DNA of 56,767 nucleotides from an uncultured virus (IMG/VR IMGVR_UViG_3300028048_002245). Lineage: Duplodnaviria > Heunggongvirae > Uroviricota > Caudoviricetes. Below the pieces are notes generated by a model, which was not told the origin of the DNA, ran no database searches, and saw nothing but the letters and a program-made list of their open reading frames with translations. The position numbers were made by a program, and so were the translations under genes. Position 1 is the stretch's first letter, and every line of letters starts with the position of its first letter. The DNA is taken from the IMG/VR virus record IMGVR_UViG_3300028048_002245, one strand, 5' to 3'. Positions 10,902 to 21,642 of this stretch are shown here, in pieces.

Positions 10902-11103
10902 GGCTAACACCTCCTTTCTTGTTAATATGGTGAGCCAAGTATAATCACGGGTCTGCAAGTTCCCGTGATAAACAAAAAAGCCGTTACCATCAAACTCCCT
11001 GCTTTGAGGGAGGAGAGATAGTAACGACTTTATAACTTTTAACTCTAAATATGATTAGATTATAAACTAATATATCCACATTGTCAACTATACATGAAAA
11101 ATA

Positions 11104-11263
11104 GGGTATTTAAGAAAATTGGTGGCTGCAGATCCATCAGCCGCGATAAAGGTATTGAAACCAGTGCATTTGCCAAATCCGGTTACCACCTTTTTTCTTA
11201 TAGAAAATGGATGATACCGACCACCTTTTTTCTTACAGAAACCACCTAAAAACTTACATACCC
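11104..11263. mobile_element. MITE with GGGTATKTAAG terminal inverted repeats and 8-bp target duplication
   Basis: TIRs GGGTATTTAAG / CTTACATACCC; flanking direct repeat GAAAAATA; internal ACCACCTTTTTTCTTA repeats. Confidence 0.75.
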
Positions 11264-11365
11264 GAAAAATATTAAATATAACATTATATGATACATTTAC
11301 AATAAGCCAATAAATGGTATAATATAAGCACAATAAATGCAGTCTGCATTTGGAAAGGATAAGCT

Positions 11366-11707
11366 ATGGTAGCTGATATAGAGAAGATAAAAGAAAAGTT
11401 TGGTATCGGAAAAAAGAAAGTGGTATCTGAAGAGTCTATCGAAGCTGTAGACTATGGTTATTCGTCGTATACGTTTGAAATCTTTTCAGGAGACAGGCGT
11501 GTGGGGACAATAACAGTAAGTGACATGGGAGACGATATCCGTGATACCATGAGAGATTTTCTTCAGGAACTGGTCTTTAACGGCAGGATATATGATACAG
11601 ATGTCATAAGGATTGTACTGACATCTGCATATCCTTCTGTAGATGAGGATGAAGATAAAGATGGTCTGATGTATGAAGGAAGCGTGAAAGAATACAATGT
11701 GGCCTAA
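11366..11707 (+). CDS. Hypothetical protein
   Basis: ORF with RBS AAAGGA and TTTACA..TATAAT promoter. Confidence 0.65.
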   Translation: MVADIEKIKEKFGIGKKKVVSEESIEAVDYGYSSYTFEIFSGDRRVGTITVSDMGDDIRDTMRDFLQELVFNGRIYDTDVIRIVLTSAYPSVDEDEDKDGLMYEGSVKEYNVA

Positions 11708-11822
11708 ATGCCAGCAATGGGGAAAAATATTATTATGTTGAGACAAGGAGCGGAAATGACCAACAGAGAATGGCTTGAAAATATTGGAGTGCCAGATGAA
11801 ATGATCAGATGTGATGAATATG

Positions 11823-12090
11823 CTCACTAATACCCACGGGCAAGCCCGTGGGGTTGCAATAGAAATACTGTAACCCTGAGTGAGTAGCCTAAGTGCTTTA
11901 AGCACTACGTTAAGAGAGAATATATAGTTACCTGTGGATGTAGTACCAAGTCCACAGCTCTAAGGTCTGTGATTAAACAATTCTGAGGTATAGGAACAGT
12001 GTTGCAGACATATAAAACCTCTCATTAACATTGGCGATGGTACACCAACCACCCTCCGGGGTGAGTGACTAAAACCTTTCAAGGTTTTAA
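11823..12090 (+). ncRNA. omegaRNA (HEARO-like) scaffold
   Basis: Conserved structured region upstream of iscB (AGCCTAAG..CTACGTT..AACATTGGCGATGG), shared with other copies. Confidence 0.8.
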
Positions 12091-12106
12091 GAAAGGAGTA
12101 CGACCT

Positions 12107-13345
12107 ATGGTCTATGTATTATCAAAAACCGGACAGCCTTTAATGCCTACAGAAAACCATGCAAAGGTTCGTATTCTCTTAAAACAAGGCAAAGCAAAGG
12201 TGGTAAATGAGTGTCCGTTTACAATACAACTGTTGTATAGTAGCACGAACTATACGCAAAAGGTAACTTTAGGTGTAGATAGCGGAAGTAAACATATCGG
12301 TCTTTCAGCAACTACAAAGAACAAGGTGCTTTTCGAGTCAGATGTAGAGCTTAGAAACGATATTGTAGATTTACTTTCTACTCGCAGAGAATTAAGGCGT
12401 TCCCGTAGGAGTCGTAAAACCAGACACCGTAAACCAAGATTTAATAATCGCAAGCGTAGTGACGGGTGGTTGGCACCTTCGGTAAAACAAAAGGTGAACT
12501 CTCACATTACGATGATAGCAAAAGTACACAAGATATTGCCTATCTCGAACATCGTAGTAGAAGTAGCCTCTTTCGACATCCAGAAGATTAAAGATCCTAC
12601 CATAAGTGGGGACGATTATCAACATGGCGAACAATTAGACTTTTGGAATGTCAGGGAATATGTGCTTTTCCGTGACGGTCACACTTGTCAATGTTGTAAA
12701 GGTAAGTCCAAAGACAAAATTCTTAATATCCATCACATAGAGAGTCGTAAGACTGGCGGCAACGCACCTAACAACCTGATCACACTGTGTGAAACCTGTC
12801 ACACAGGCTATCACAGAGGAACGATAAAACTGCCTAAGACAATACATAGAGGAATGTCTTTTAAGGATGCTACATTTATGGGTATCATGCGTTGGGCTTT
12901 GTACGATAAGCTTAAAACTATATATCCAGATGTAAAACTTACTTACGGATATATCACTAAAAACACTCGTATAAAGAACGGTTTGCCAAAGGACCATTAC
13001 ATAGATGCTCGTTGTATTAGTGGTAATCCTAATGCCATTAGTAATGGAGATGTCTATTATTACAAAAAAGTCCGTTGCCACAATAGACAGATACACAAAA
13101 ATACCATCCTTAAAGGCGGTTATCGTAAACGAAATCAGGCTCCGTATGAAGTTAAAGGTTTTAGGCTGTATGATAAGGTTCTGTGGAAAGGATGTAAGTG
13201 TTTCATTTTTGGCAGACGCTTTACAGGACGTATGGATTTAAGGCTTTTAGACGGAACACATATTAACGCATCTGTAGGATATAAGAACCTAAAGTTGTTA
13301 AAAATGCGTAGTAGTTATCTTATAGAACAAAGAAAGGTAGGTTAA
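12107..13345 (+). CDS. iscB: IscB RNA-guided endonuclease
   Basis: PLMP motif, RuvC-I GVDSGS, Arg-rich bridge helix, VEVASFD, HNH (HHIESR..NNLITLCETCH), HYIDARCI. Confidence 0.95.
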   Translation: MVYVLSKTGQPLMPTENHAKVRILLKQGKAKVVNECPFTIQLLYSSTNYTQKVTLGVDSGSKHIGLSATTKNKVLFESDVELRNDIVDLLSTRRELRRSRRSRKTRHRKPRFNNRKRSDGWLAPSVKQKVNSHITMIAKVHKILPISNIVVEVASFDIQKIKDPTISGDDYQHGEQLDFWNVREYVLFRDGHTCQCCKGKSKDKILNIHHIESRKTGGNAPNNLITLCETCHTGYHRGTIKLPKTIHRGMSFKDATFMGIMRWALYDKLKTIYPDVKLTYGYITKNTRIKNGLPKDHYIDARCISGNPNAISNGDVYYYKKVRCHNRQIHKNTILKGGYRKRNQAPYEVKGFRLYDKVLWKGCKCFIFGRRFTGRMDLRLLDGTHINASVGYKNLKLLKMRSSYLIEQRKVG

Positions 13346-13604
13346 ACGCGGTTCCTCCCACAGGCAAGCCTGTGGGTTTCCCCGCTAAATATTTATGACG
13401 GAGAAAAAGGACGATGTGGAATCTCGTTACGCATTTCATATTCTGAGCAGCCATGGCAGACAAAAAAAGTATTACAATAGCTATAGTATCTGCAGCAGGC
13501 TCGGAAGTTCAGACACTTTCAAGGTGGTACGTTGAAAAATATATACCAGAGAAGGTGCTTGCAGATGAGGATACAATCAGGGATTTCCTGAAGACTGAAT
13601 ATTT

Positions 13605-15713
13605 ATGAGAAAAAGTGTTGAAAAAATGACAAAAGCTCTCAATAGCAGAACTGATGATATAAAAGCATGGTTTGCCAAGAGTGAGCTGCCAGTAAAAGAG
13701 CTTGAATATTACCTGTCTCTGTTAAAGAATTTTCCGGATGCAGAAATAGAAGACTGCGCCAGATGGGTTGGCCTGTGTCAGGACAAACAGGAAAAGATCT
13801 GTCCTTCCAATCTTCTGAAACTGACCATGCTTGATAAACAGCAGAGAAAGACAGATTACGGCAGACAATATACCGTATACGTTCCAACAGCAGAAACTGT
13901 TGAATTTCCATATATTCCTCTCGCCACTCTTCTTGAGAGGATTGGCAGATTTGAAAAATCTGCATTTTCTATAAAGTCACTGGCTGAATTTATCTATATT
14001 GGATTGTCAGATGACGAGATTTGTGCTTTGTCAGGAAAAGCGTCAGAATACAGGCAAAATATGGAGCTTTTAGGTAACTGTGATGATACGCAATACAAAA
14101 GAATCCTTGCAGAAGCATCCAGCGCTGTTGTAATGTCGATAGTTAAAGGTATATCCCGTAATGACATAATGAAACTGTTTGACGTATTCATGGATTGTCT
14201 TACAAAGCATAATGATTCTGTAGCAAATAATGGTCTGGACAGGAGCAACAGGACTCTTTCAGAGATAGTAAGTCTGTATGCCTGCTATGGTAGCAACCAT
14301 CTGATTATGGCTGTGTATTCATGGAACGGTGATTTTGAAAAATGCCCTGTATACAATATCTATAAGAATATTGAGAGTCACCAGTCACATCCCGGTGCTG
14401 TAGATTCGAAGTTTTTTATTACGGATGATGAAAAGACGAAAGCAGAAGAACTTATAAGAACAATAACAAAGACTTACCATGACAATATCGCGTCTTATTC
14501 TATCCAGTTGGGCATTCCGGCATATACCATATGCTGCCGTTATTATTACTGGACCAAATTCGGCCAGGTAATTTTATCTTGTGGAGACACTAAAATATCG
14601 CCTAATAACGATTCATCATGCAATGACAGATTTTGTCTACGGAAAGAACATAACACAAGAGAAGATGAGAGCCTTGAACTGTATTTTGATGGAAGAGTCT
14701 TTCTCAAGAGCGAGAAGACAAGATCCTCATACCGTCTACTTACGCTTTCGGATATATCGAGGCTTTATGACACATATGGTGTGGTATATGGCTTTGTGTT
14801 TGATGCTCTTATGTCCAAGGCAGCAGGCTGTGGACTGTATGATATCTACCAGGAGATGAAAGAAGGACTTGCTGTATTTCCTCCGCTGTCATATTCAGAC
14901 TGTATCGGGCTTAAGACAAAGAATGAGATAATGCACCTTTATAAGAGCGTACCTGATGTAAATTACAATAAACATCCGATATCCTCGTCATATCTGTTTA
15001 AATCCGCTTTGCAGTATTTCAGAAAGGAAGACAGACCGTATCTCACAGAATATTTCAGACAGGGAATATATGACGATATAGTTCCTCACAGGGGGGTAGG
15101 CTATTCGCCTGATAAATGGACTGTGGTCTTCTCCGATGTAAGGACAAAGTATATAATGGATATCCTTATTAAGACAAACGGGATGAACCTTAATAATGAT
15201 GAGCATATAATTCTTAGGGATTACGTGAATGATCATCTTGACAGAAAGTTAAAACTGAAGCTAAGAAGAAGCTTTAAGAAGATACAGGATATCCATGTAA
15301 AGATGCAGCAGGAGAGAATCGAAAGAGAGATGTGTAATGATAAGAATTATCAGATAAAGATGCCTAAAAAATCTGTCTTCCAGAAGCTCAGAAGAAAGCT
15401 TCCAGGAGATTTTGAGTGGATAACAGATACAAAGAGACTTGTGAATGAAGGAATAAATATGAACCATTGCGTAGCATCGTATGCTCCTTATATTTCAAAT
15501 GACACGTCTGCTATATACCATCTCTGTTATCATAAAAAAGGTTCAGATTATGACGGAAGACCATACACAATAGAGTTCTATAGCAATAAGGGATGTTATT
15601 ACATAAACCAGATACAGAGTCCTTATGACAGAGGCTGCCCGGATGAGGTTCGTGAATATGTTAAGTCTTGCGTTGACAAAGTGAACAGAAAACAGGATAA
15701 GTCAATATATTGA
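13605..15713 (+). CDS. PcfJ-like domain protein
   Basis: C-terminal LVNEGINMNHCVASY...TIE motif typical of the PcfJ-like family. Confidence 0.7.
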   Translation: MRKSVEKMTKALNSRTDDIKAWFAKSELPVKELEYYLSLLKNFPDAEIEDCARWVGLCQDKQEKICPSNLLKLTMLDKQQRKTDYGRQYTVYVPTAETVEFPYIPLATLLERIGRFEKSAFSIKSLAEFIYIGLSDDEICALSGKASEYRQNMELLGNCDDTQYKRILAEASSAVVMSIVKGISRNDIMKLFDVFMDCLTKHNDSVANNGLDRSNRTLSEIVSLYACYGSNHLIMAVYSWNGDFEKCPVYNIYKNIESHQSHPGAVDSKFFITDDEKTKAEELIRTITKTYHDNIASYSIQLGIPAYTICCRYYYWTKFGQVILSCGDTKISPNNDSSCNDRFCLRKEHNTREDESLELYFDGRVFLKSEKTRSSYRLLTLSDISRLYDTYGVVYGFVFDALMSKAAGCGLYDIYQEMKEGLAVFPPLSYSDCIGLKTKNEIMHLYKSVPDVNYNKHPISSSYLFKSALQYFRKEDRPYLTEYFRQGIYDDIVPHRGVGYSPDKWTVVFSDVRTKYIMDILIKTNGMNLNNDEHIILRDYVNDHLDRKLKLKLRRSFKKIQDIHVKMQQERIEREMCNDKNYQIKMPKKSVFQKLRRKLPGDFEWITDTKRLVNEGINMNHCVASYAPYISNDTSAIYHLCYHKKGSDYDGRPYTIEFYSNKGCYYINQIQSPYDRGCPDEVREYVKSCVDKVNRKQDKSIY

Positions 15714-15754
15714 CCATATTGACTATACCGGCTATTTAAGATATAATATTTAAG

Positions 15755-16370
15755 TAATCGGGCGGGAATTCTCGGGAACTTGTTCCCGAGATGAAAGCCC
15801 GTAAAATGAATACTATCTGTATAGATAAGAAACAGCATAACTTCTTGCTTATTCTTTCAGAACATGTTATACTATATGTATGAACAAATATACGCATGGA
15901 CGTACCTGTGTCTATAACATAAATTACCATATCGTCTGGTGTGTAAAGTATCGTCGCAAAGTGCTGTCACAAAAAATATCTGAACGGCTTTATGAACTCT
16001 GCCATGAGATTGCCAAAGCAAAAGGCTTTACAGTCGTAGAAGTTAAAGTCGGCGAGAATGACCACGTACATTGTTTTGTGTCTGCTCCGCCAAAGATATC
16101 CATCACACAGATCGTAAAATACCTGAAAGGCATATCAGGCAACAGACTTCTGGAAGAATTTCCTGAACTCCGTAAATCTTTGTGGAAAGGGCATCTCTGG
16201 AACGGCAGTTACTTTGTTGAGACTATTGGCTCTACATCCGAGGATAACATCAGACGCTACATCGAAAGGCAGAAGAACGTTCAGCTATGAACAAAGCATA
16301 CGTTTACAGGCTGTACCCTACAGCCGACCAGAAAATCTTATTTGCAAAAACGTTCGGCTGCTGCCGTAAG
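15755..16370 (+). mobile_element. Truncated IS605-type element (left end, tnpA, first 28 codons of tnpB)
   Basis: Hairpin CTCGGGAACTTGTTCCCGAG; near-identical to 46931-47531. Confidence 0.85.
15880..16290 (+). CDS. tnpA: IS200/IS605 Y1 transposase TnpA
   Basis: YHIVWCVKYRR, HUH motif DHVH, YIERQ. Confidence 0.95.
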   Translation: MNKYTHGRTCVYNINYHIVWCVKYRRKVLSQKISERLYELCHEIAKAKGFTVVEVKVGENDHVHCFVSAPPKISITQIVKYLKGISGNRLLEEFPELRKSLWKGHLWNGSYFVETIGSTSEDNIRRYIERQKNVQL

Positions 16371-16473
16371 TGTCAAAGACAGGAGCTACAGAAAAAGCGA
16401 TACAGATGTATATGGAGACTGTGGACAAGGCGATGAGTTCGGTAAGCAAAGAAGATAAAGGAGCAGATGACTG

Positions 16474-17196
16474 ATGTATGGATTATATGGAACCGAAGGA
16501 GCCGTGAAGGTTCTGCTCGTTACTGCAATCATTATTTTTGTCTGCTGGCTAATATGGTTTTATGTTCACAACCCGTTTAAATTCCCCTATATAGTATTAC
16601 GGCTTGATGTCAGTAAACGCAGAAAACCACAGATAACGGATATTATTGATGAATATTTGAATGAACATAGGATGGAGTTCCTTGAAGCGAAGCACGAAAG
16701 ACTTATCTCATGGAAGAAGCGGCAGAAAGAAAGAATTCCTACAATGCTGTTTTCTAATCATAGATTGAAACAATATAAGTCAGTATGTACCGACAAACCG
16801 ATTATAGTGATATTGTCCCGTAATCACACAAGATATCAGCAGAGGAACTATCAGAAGTATGCATATACTGTAACCGATGAACAGGACCGGATATATCTCA
16901 GCTGGAAATGGATAATAAATCGGTATAAGCAGCTTGAAGAGATCGGTCATGAATGTACACTTCGAGAATATGGGATAAAAGATCAGAGACGCCTTATGAC
17001 TCCCGCTCTAAGAAAACAGATTGCTGAAAGAGATAATTATACTTGTCAAATATGCGGTAAATATATGCCAGACGGTGTGGGGTTACAGATAGATCATATC
17101 ATTCCGGTCGCTAAGGGCGGCAAGACTGTACCCTCTAATCTACAGGTACTCTGTTCTAAATGTAACGGAGCAAAGAAAGACAAGTTGGACTTTTAA
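16474..17196 (+). CDS. HNH endonuclease with N-terminal transmembrane helix
   Basis: RDNYTCQICG...IDHIIPVAKGG...NLQVLCSKCN. Confidence 0.88.
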   Translation: MYGLYGTEGAVKVLLVTAIIIFVCWLIWFYVHNPFKFPYIVLRLDVSKRRKPQITDIIDEYLNEHRMEFLEAKHERLISWKKRQKERIPTMLFSNHRLKQYKSVCTDKPIIVILSRNHTRYQQRNYQKYAYTVTDEQDRIYLSWKWIINRYKQLEEIGHECTLREYGIKDQRRLMTPALRKQIAERDNYTCQICGKYMPDGVGLQIDHIIPVAKGGKTVPSNLQVLCSKCNGAKKDKLDF

Positions 17197-17300
17197 GCAA
17201 AGAAAAAAGCCCTCGGTCCTCTGTTCTTACAACAGTGGATCGGGCTTTCATCTGTCTTTATGATACCACGTTCTGTGATTTTGTCAATAACACTATAGTA

Positions 17301-17708
17301 TTACTTTGAATATTCCAGTAATTCTTCATTTTTCTTTATGATGAGCATTTTCCTCATCCTGGGCTTCTTGTTGAAGATAGCTGCAAATTCCTTTATTGCT
17401 CTGGATTCTTCCATCTTACATCGTCTCAGATCTATGATGACATATTTCGACTGATCCATAGCTTTACGAAAAATATGCTCTACGGTATGCTTTCCGTCAC
17501 CTATCGGACTTTTCATTTCCCAGTTCAGCCCATCCATATACAGATCCGGTGAATGTACACCCGGAATGTTGCTGCGCTGTATGAACCTGACATTCTTGCC
17601 TCTGTCTGCAAAATAGCGGGCTATCCTGAACTCATGCTCCTCTGGAAGATCTTCAAGATCAGATACATCTATATTTCCACGTTTGATATCACTTTTCTTT
17701 TTACTCAT
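17301..17708 (-). CDS. Stand-alone CdiA-CT-like PD-(D/E)XK nuclease
   Basis: SPDLYMDGLNWEMKSP..KA..QS..VIIDL pattern recalled for CdiA C-terminal tRNase-like domains. Confidence 0.6.
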   Translation of the reverse strand: MSKKKSDIKRGNIDVSDLEDLPEEHEFRIARYFADRGKNVRFIQRSNIPGVHSPDLYMDGLNWEMKSPIGDGKHTVEHIFRKAMDQSKYVIIDLRRCKMEESRAIKEFAAIFNKKPRMRKMLIIKKNEELLEYSK

Positions 17709-17852
17709 TGCCCTATTGTACTATAAGGACATCAGAGTTTCAACCAAAAAAACACCACCCGACTTTTATTCAAAAGTGGATGGTGTTTAAGGTTTCTGCC
17801 TTGTCAATGCCTTAACTAATTAGCATTGTGCAGGACGGGTGGAGGTATAAAG

Positions 17853-18356
17853 ATGATCAGAGATGACGTGGAAGTTTTTGGTAATATCTGGGCTGATATA
17901 GAGGAGGCTCCAGAAAAAACAAAAAAATCTTTTGGAGAGAAGGTTTTTGACGCAGCTACAAAGCTGATCAAAGAAAATCCAAAGGATTTTCAGCACGTTG
18001 CTCCTCCAGAGGAGGTGACACTTGACAGTGATAGTGTGTCATTGTCATTCAACATTTATCCTGATGAATATCAGGACGAAGACACCATCGTTGATGGCGC
18101 CTATTTTGATAAATCGTTTGGTAATTATTTACCAAACGAGAGGGTGATTCGCACCCTCGTGTGGGATTTTTCGGAAGCTGAGGACGAGCTGAAAAAGCTT
18201 TCCGATCTTCTGGATGAAAAATTTCCAGGGGAAAACAATCCAATTCTGGCAAGTCTCTTCGATTTTGAGACAGATGATTTGCCAGAGGCACCACAGGATG
18301 ATGCCGAGGAATATGAGCCGGAGCCACCTGATTACTGGTACGACGACCGGCGATAA
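17853..18356 (+). CDS. Hypothetical acidic protein
   Basis: RBS GGAGG before ATG at 17853. Confidence 0.65.
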   Translation: MIRDDVEVFGNIWADIEEAPEKTKKSFGEKVFDAATKLIKENPKDFQHVAPPEEVTLDSDSVSLSFNIYPDEYQDEDTIVDGAYFDKSFGNYLPNERVIRTLVWDFSEAEDELKKLSDLLDEKFPGENNPILASLFDFETDDLPEAPQDDAEEYEPEPPDYWYDDRR

Positions 18357-18473
18357 CATCACATTTGAAGAAGCTGAAAAGCTTGTTGAAAATGCGTGGT
18401 GGAGAGAAAAGAAGGGGGAGTAAAAAAAGAAAAGCACCTATTCAGCTATGCTGAACAGGTGCTTTTTTGATAC

Positions 18474-18520
18474 GTCAACAGCCCACGACCCTAAAGGGTC
18501 GTGGTTTCCTTATTAAATTT
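18474..18520 (+). mobile_element. Minimal single-hairpin IS200/IS605 derivative (47 bp)
   Basis: GTCAAC start, CCACGACCCTAAAGGGTCGTGG hairpin, AAATTT end followed by ATGAA. Confidence 0.55.
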
Positions 18521-18564
18521 ATGAAAAAGCCCTCCGCATTGTAGTACAATGGGAAGGCTTTTTA

Positions 18565-18894
18565 TTATACTCGTCCCAGAGACTTACATCCAACGATGCG
18601 TCCCTTGTCATCCCTTACTGACTCGTTCGGGATGAAAATATCGTTTCTATTAGGAACTCTCTGTGCCACCAGAGAAGAAACGATATAGACTGTATTTTCA
18701 GCCGGAGCTGGCAGACCTTCGACCTCTCCGTACTCGGTACGGGTTACTGGAATTCCATTATAGTCCTCTCCAGTAAGGACTGTTTTTGATGATACCCTTG
18801 CAAGCTGACCGGAAGGCTCTATCACAAGGATTTTTTTGCCATCACTGTTTACGAAAGTGATGGCGTGAGGGGTAAGATTTACGAGTTTCGTCAT
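18565..18894 (-). CDS. Conserved phage-type hypothetical protein
   Basis: NLTPH N-terminal motif and GLP..YIVSSLVA pattern seen in phage hypotheticals; RBS GGAG. Confidence 0.7.
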   Translation of the reverse strand: MTKLVNLTPHAITFVNSDGKKILVIEPSGQLARVSSKTVLTGEDYNGIPVTRTEYGEVEGLPAPAENTVYIVSSLVAQRVPNRNDIFIPNESVRDDKGRIVGCKSLGRV

Positions 18895-18999
18895 ATGACA
18901 TCTCCAAGTGTCTACCATACCCCTCCAGATGCGGGGAATGGATTAAAAGGAATAATCATTCACCGCTTCTGGCTGCGGATAGCGGAACTATTGTCCGCA

Positions 19000-19692
19000 T
19001 TATCTGACCCAGGACAGGTCAAGAGACTTGTCATTGAGTTTGTTTCTTCCATCTGCAACAGGGATGATAGCAGACATTACATCTGCTATTTCATCCTGTT
19101 TCGGATAGGAGAAATTTTTTTTTCGTGCTGTTATCAGTTCTTCAGCCGTTTTAGGCATGAAGTCATTGACATCAGCACCCACATTTACGGCAGTGGGGAC
19201 CATTCTGTCCATCAGAACCGCAGGTCCTGCAAGTCCCTCATGGACATGACCATAGAAGAGCCATCTGCCCTTCCATAATCCGTCCCATTCTGCCAACGGA
19301 TAATGACTCAGATACAAGTCATATCCGCTTACAGTAAGATATTCGTGGGAAGATATCTTACTGAAACACGAACAGAACCTTTTGCTGTTGAGCAGGGCTC
19401 TGTCGTGATTGCCTGTTATCAGGTGAAGTTCTGGTCTGAGACTCTTCAGGAGTCTGACCAGAGCAGTAGTATCGCACCCATAACAGGCAACGTCTCCGAC
19501 AATATATAATATGTCGCTTTCAGTGCAGCGACTGTTTATATTGTCGGAGATTTTTTTGTTCATTTCTTCTATGTCTTTAAACGGTCTGTGAGCCGTTTCA
19601 AGTATCTGATCGTAGAAGAAATGGGTATCGGCAGTGAAAAAAATCTGCCGATCTTTAGAGTTACTTTCATGGTTTTCGTGATGATGCCCCAT
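19000..19692 (-). CDS. Calcineurin-like metallophosphoesterase
   Basis: DTH, GD, GNHD, HYP, GHVH motifs. Confidence 0.9.
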   Translation of the reverse strand: MGHHHENHESNSKDRQIFFTADTHFFYDQILETAHRPFKDIEEMNKKISDNINSRCTESDILYIVGDVACYGCDTTALVRLLKSLRPELHLITGNHDRALLNSKRFCSCFSKISSHEYLTVSGYDLYLSHYPLAEWDGLWKGRWLFYGHVHEGLAGPAVLMDRMVPTAVNVGADVNDFMPKTAEELITARKKNFSYPKQDEIADVMSAIIPVADGRNKLNDKSLDLSWVR

Positions 19693-19948
19693 GATTTCAC
19701 CATCCTTTCTGCATCCGGTACCGTCTTTACGGATGCAAGTATCCCTGTCTCAGACGGGAGACATGTTTTTCTTGCTCAGGCATATAAAATGGCAAGAGCA
19801 AGGACAATGATGAAGATAAGTCCTCCAAAGGTTGCCATAGTGGTCATCCTTTCTTTTATCTTCCGTCTGAAAACGGGAGATAAATGTGACAAAATTCCCG
19901 TTTCAGCGGTTATGAGGAACAGGGATGTCAGCCCCTGTTCCCTGACGT

Positions 19949-20049
19949 AAAAAAGTCATCCGAATTTCCTTGTGGAATTTCAGATGACTTTAAAATGTCT
20001 TATTACTATTACAGAGATTATTATATATCAGATATCCGGCTACGTCAAA
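19949..20049 (-). promoter_or_regulatory. Promoter + TAATAAGACATT leader + terminator hairpin
   Basis: TTGACG-17-TATAAT, then AGTAATAAGACATT, then AAAGTCATC..GATGACTTTTTT. Confidence 0.65.
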
Positions 20050-20142
20050 TCATTATCTCGTAGACGAAAATAGTCCATAGTCATTTATATCTTAAGAAAA
20101 ATACCCCTGACAACGCATAGAGCGTGTCAGAGGCATACTTAA

Positions 20143-20478
20143 TTAGAACGGGACATATTCATATCCCAGTTCGCTTATCAGGGCTTGCTGAGAGGCAGTA
20201 GGCTTCAGCCAGTCGGGATAAGTGATCTGTCTGTTTTCCGGGATTACCATTACGGCTTCGGTATCTTCAAACACCTTCTCCCAAAAGCCCGGCTGATAGC
20301 GGTCTGTACCATCATCATAAAGGCTCTCGATGATGCGGTGATCTTCGCTTCTCATGCCGTAGTTGAAGCAGCCTGATACCATATCTCCCATAGGGAAGAT
20401 ATAGATTGCCTGAAAAGGGTCGTGAGTAAACTCTACGCCCTCATTTTCAAGTTTTGATACAACATCTTCTGGTGTCAT
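20143..20478 (-). CDS. Hypothetical protein
   Basis: RBS AAAGGA before MTPEDVV. Confidence 0.65.
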   Translation of the reverse strand: MTPEDVVSKLENEGVEFTHDPFQAIYIFPMGDMVSGCFNYGMRSEDHRIIESLYDDGTDRYQPGFWEKVFEDTEAVMVIPENRQITYPDWLKPTASQQALISELGYEYVPF

Positions 20479-20766
20479 ATTTTTTTCCTTTGTTGCAGAC
20501 ATATAAGATTGTCTGCAAGCGGGCATCCTTTCCAATTGCCCGTAAATAAACAAAAAGACCGGAAGCATCCGTATCTGGGTGTCTCCGGTTCTGATGTTTC
20601 TTATTACTGTTTACAGGTTTATTATAAATCACAGGTGCCGATATGTCAAAATGTAGAAATAATTTTTGAAAACCATTTACAGAATAATATATTATGATAC
20701 TATATATACATAGGGAAGAAACAGAGTTGATATGTCTTTAATAGCAGGGCATAGAAAGGAGTCTAT

Positions 20767-21099
20767 ATGTTAGCAGATTTAAGTACGATTTTCAGTAAAA
20801 ACACGGATATTTCAGCTAAAGACAGGAAAAAAGCTGTCAAAGGGGTAGAGATAATCCTGGCGGCTCTCGGGGCTGAACTGTACACCGACAAGGAAGCTGT
20901 ATACCGCTCTATTGACCGCGATTATCAGGCAAGTGACGCAGTAGAGACTGTACGTTCTCTTTATGGTGATGCCAAGGCTGATAGCCTTACAGAAGATGAA
21001 ATCGATCGCATCATATATTACTTTGATAGAAATAATGAGTCAGACCTGCCTGAAGATGAGGTCTGGGAAAATGCAGTTTCTCTTGCACTTGGAAACTGA
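20767..21099 (+). CDS. Hypothetical protein
   Basis: RBS AAAGGAG; upstream AAACCATTTACA promoter. Confidence 0.7.
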   Translation: MLADLSTIFSKNTDISAKDRKKAVKGVEIILAALGAELYTDKEAVYRSIDRDYQASDAVETVRSLYGDAKADSLTEDEIDRIIYYFDRNNESDLPEDEVWENAVSLALGN

Positions 21100-21442
21100 A
21101 TATGTCAATTACCCTGCCCCATAATGGGGCGAGGCTTGTCGGGTCTCCATCTCAATATGGTCTACAATCACACCTAGATGAAAGGAAGGCACAACATGAC
21201 ACTTAACAATGCAATGGAACTTGAACAAACAAATTATGAAAAGGCACTCATATTATTATCTATGGGGTATGCATCAAAACTTGATAAAACAGGATGCCTT
21301 ATATTCGATTTAGGCTATAATACATTCGGGTTTATAAAGTCTTCGCCAGAAAACCCATTACCTTTAGGTGATGAGATGAATGGCGGGTAGAATATATATA
21401 CAGAAAATCCAATTTTCGAGTCTTTAGAAAAGAGAAAACCGT

Positions 21443-21642
21443 ATGTATCTTACTGTAAAGCAGCAGATCAAACATCTGTCAAAGGAAGACTACCGCACCC
21501 TCAGAGAACTCTGCCATACTGCAAAGAACCTGGCAAACGAAGCTATCTATAATGTGCACCAGTATTACTTTGCGGAAGGCGAGTTTCTAAAATACGAAAA
21601 GAATTACACTCTTTTAAAGAACAGCCCTAATTACAAGTTGTT
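21443..21642 (+). pseudogene. tnpB: 5' fragment of tnpB with IS left-end hairpin, truncated by a MITE
   Basis: MYLTVKQQIKHLSKEDYRTLRELCHTAKNLAN... resembles the N-terminus of TnpB 5339-6592; left-end-like hairpin at ~21345-21388. Confidence 0.75.

Larger units (their letters stand above)
11823..13394 (+). mobile_element. IscB-encoding IS200/IS605 element (copy 1)
   Basis: CTCACTAATACCCACGGGCAAGCCCGTGGG end, omegaRNA, iscB, distal hairpin, followed by ATGA. Confidence 0.9.
11756..13608 (+). pseudogene. Small gene (MTNREWLE...) interrupted by IscB element
   Basis: RBS AAGGAG; removing 11823-13394 restores the reading frame ...DEY-DDGEKG...; one further frameshift in an A7 run. Confidence 0.5.
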
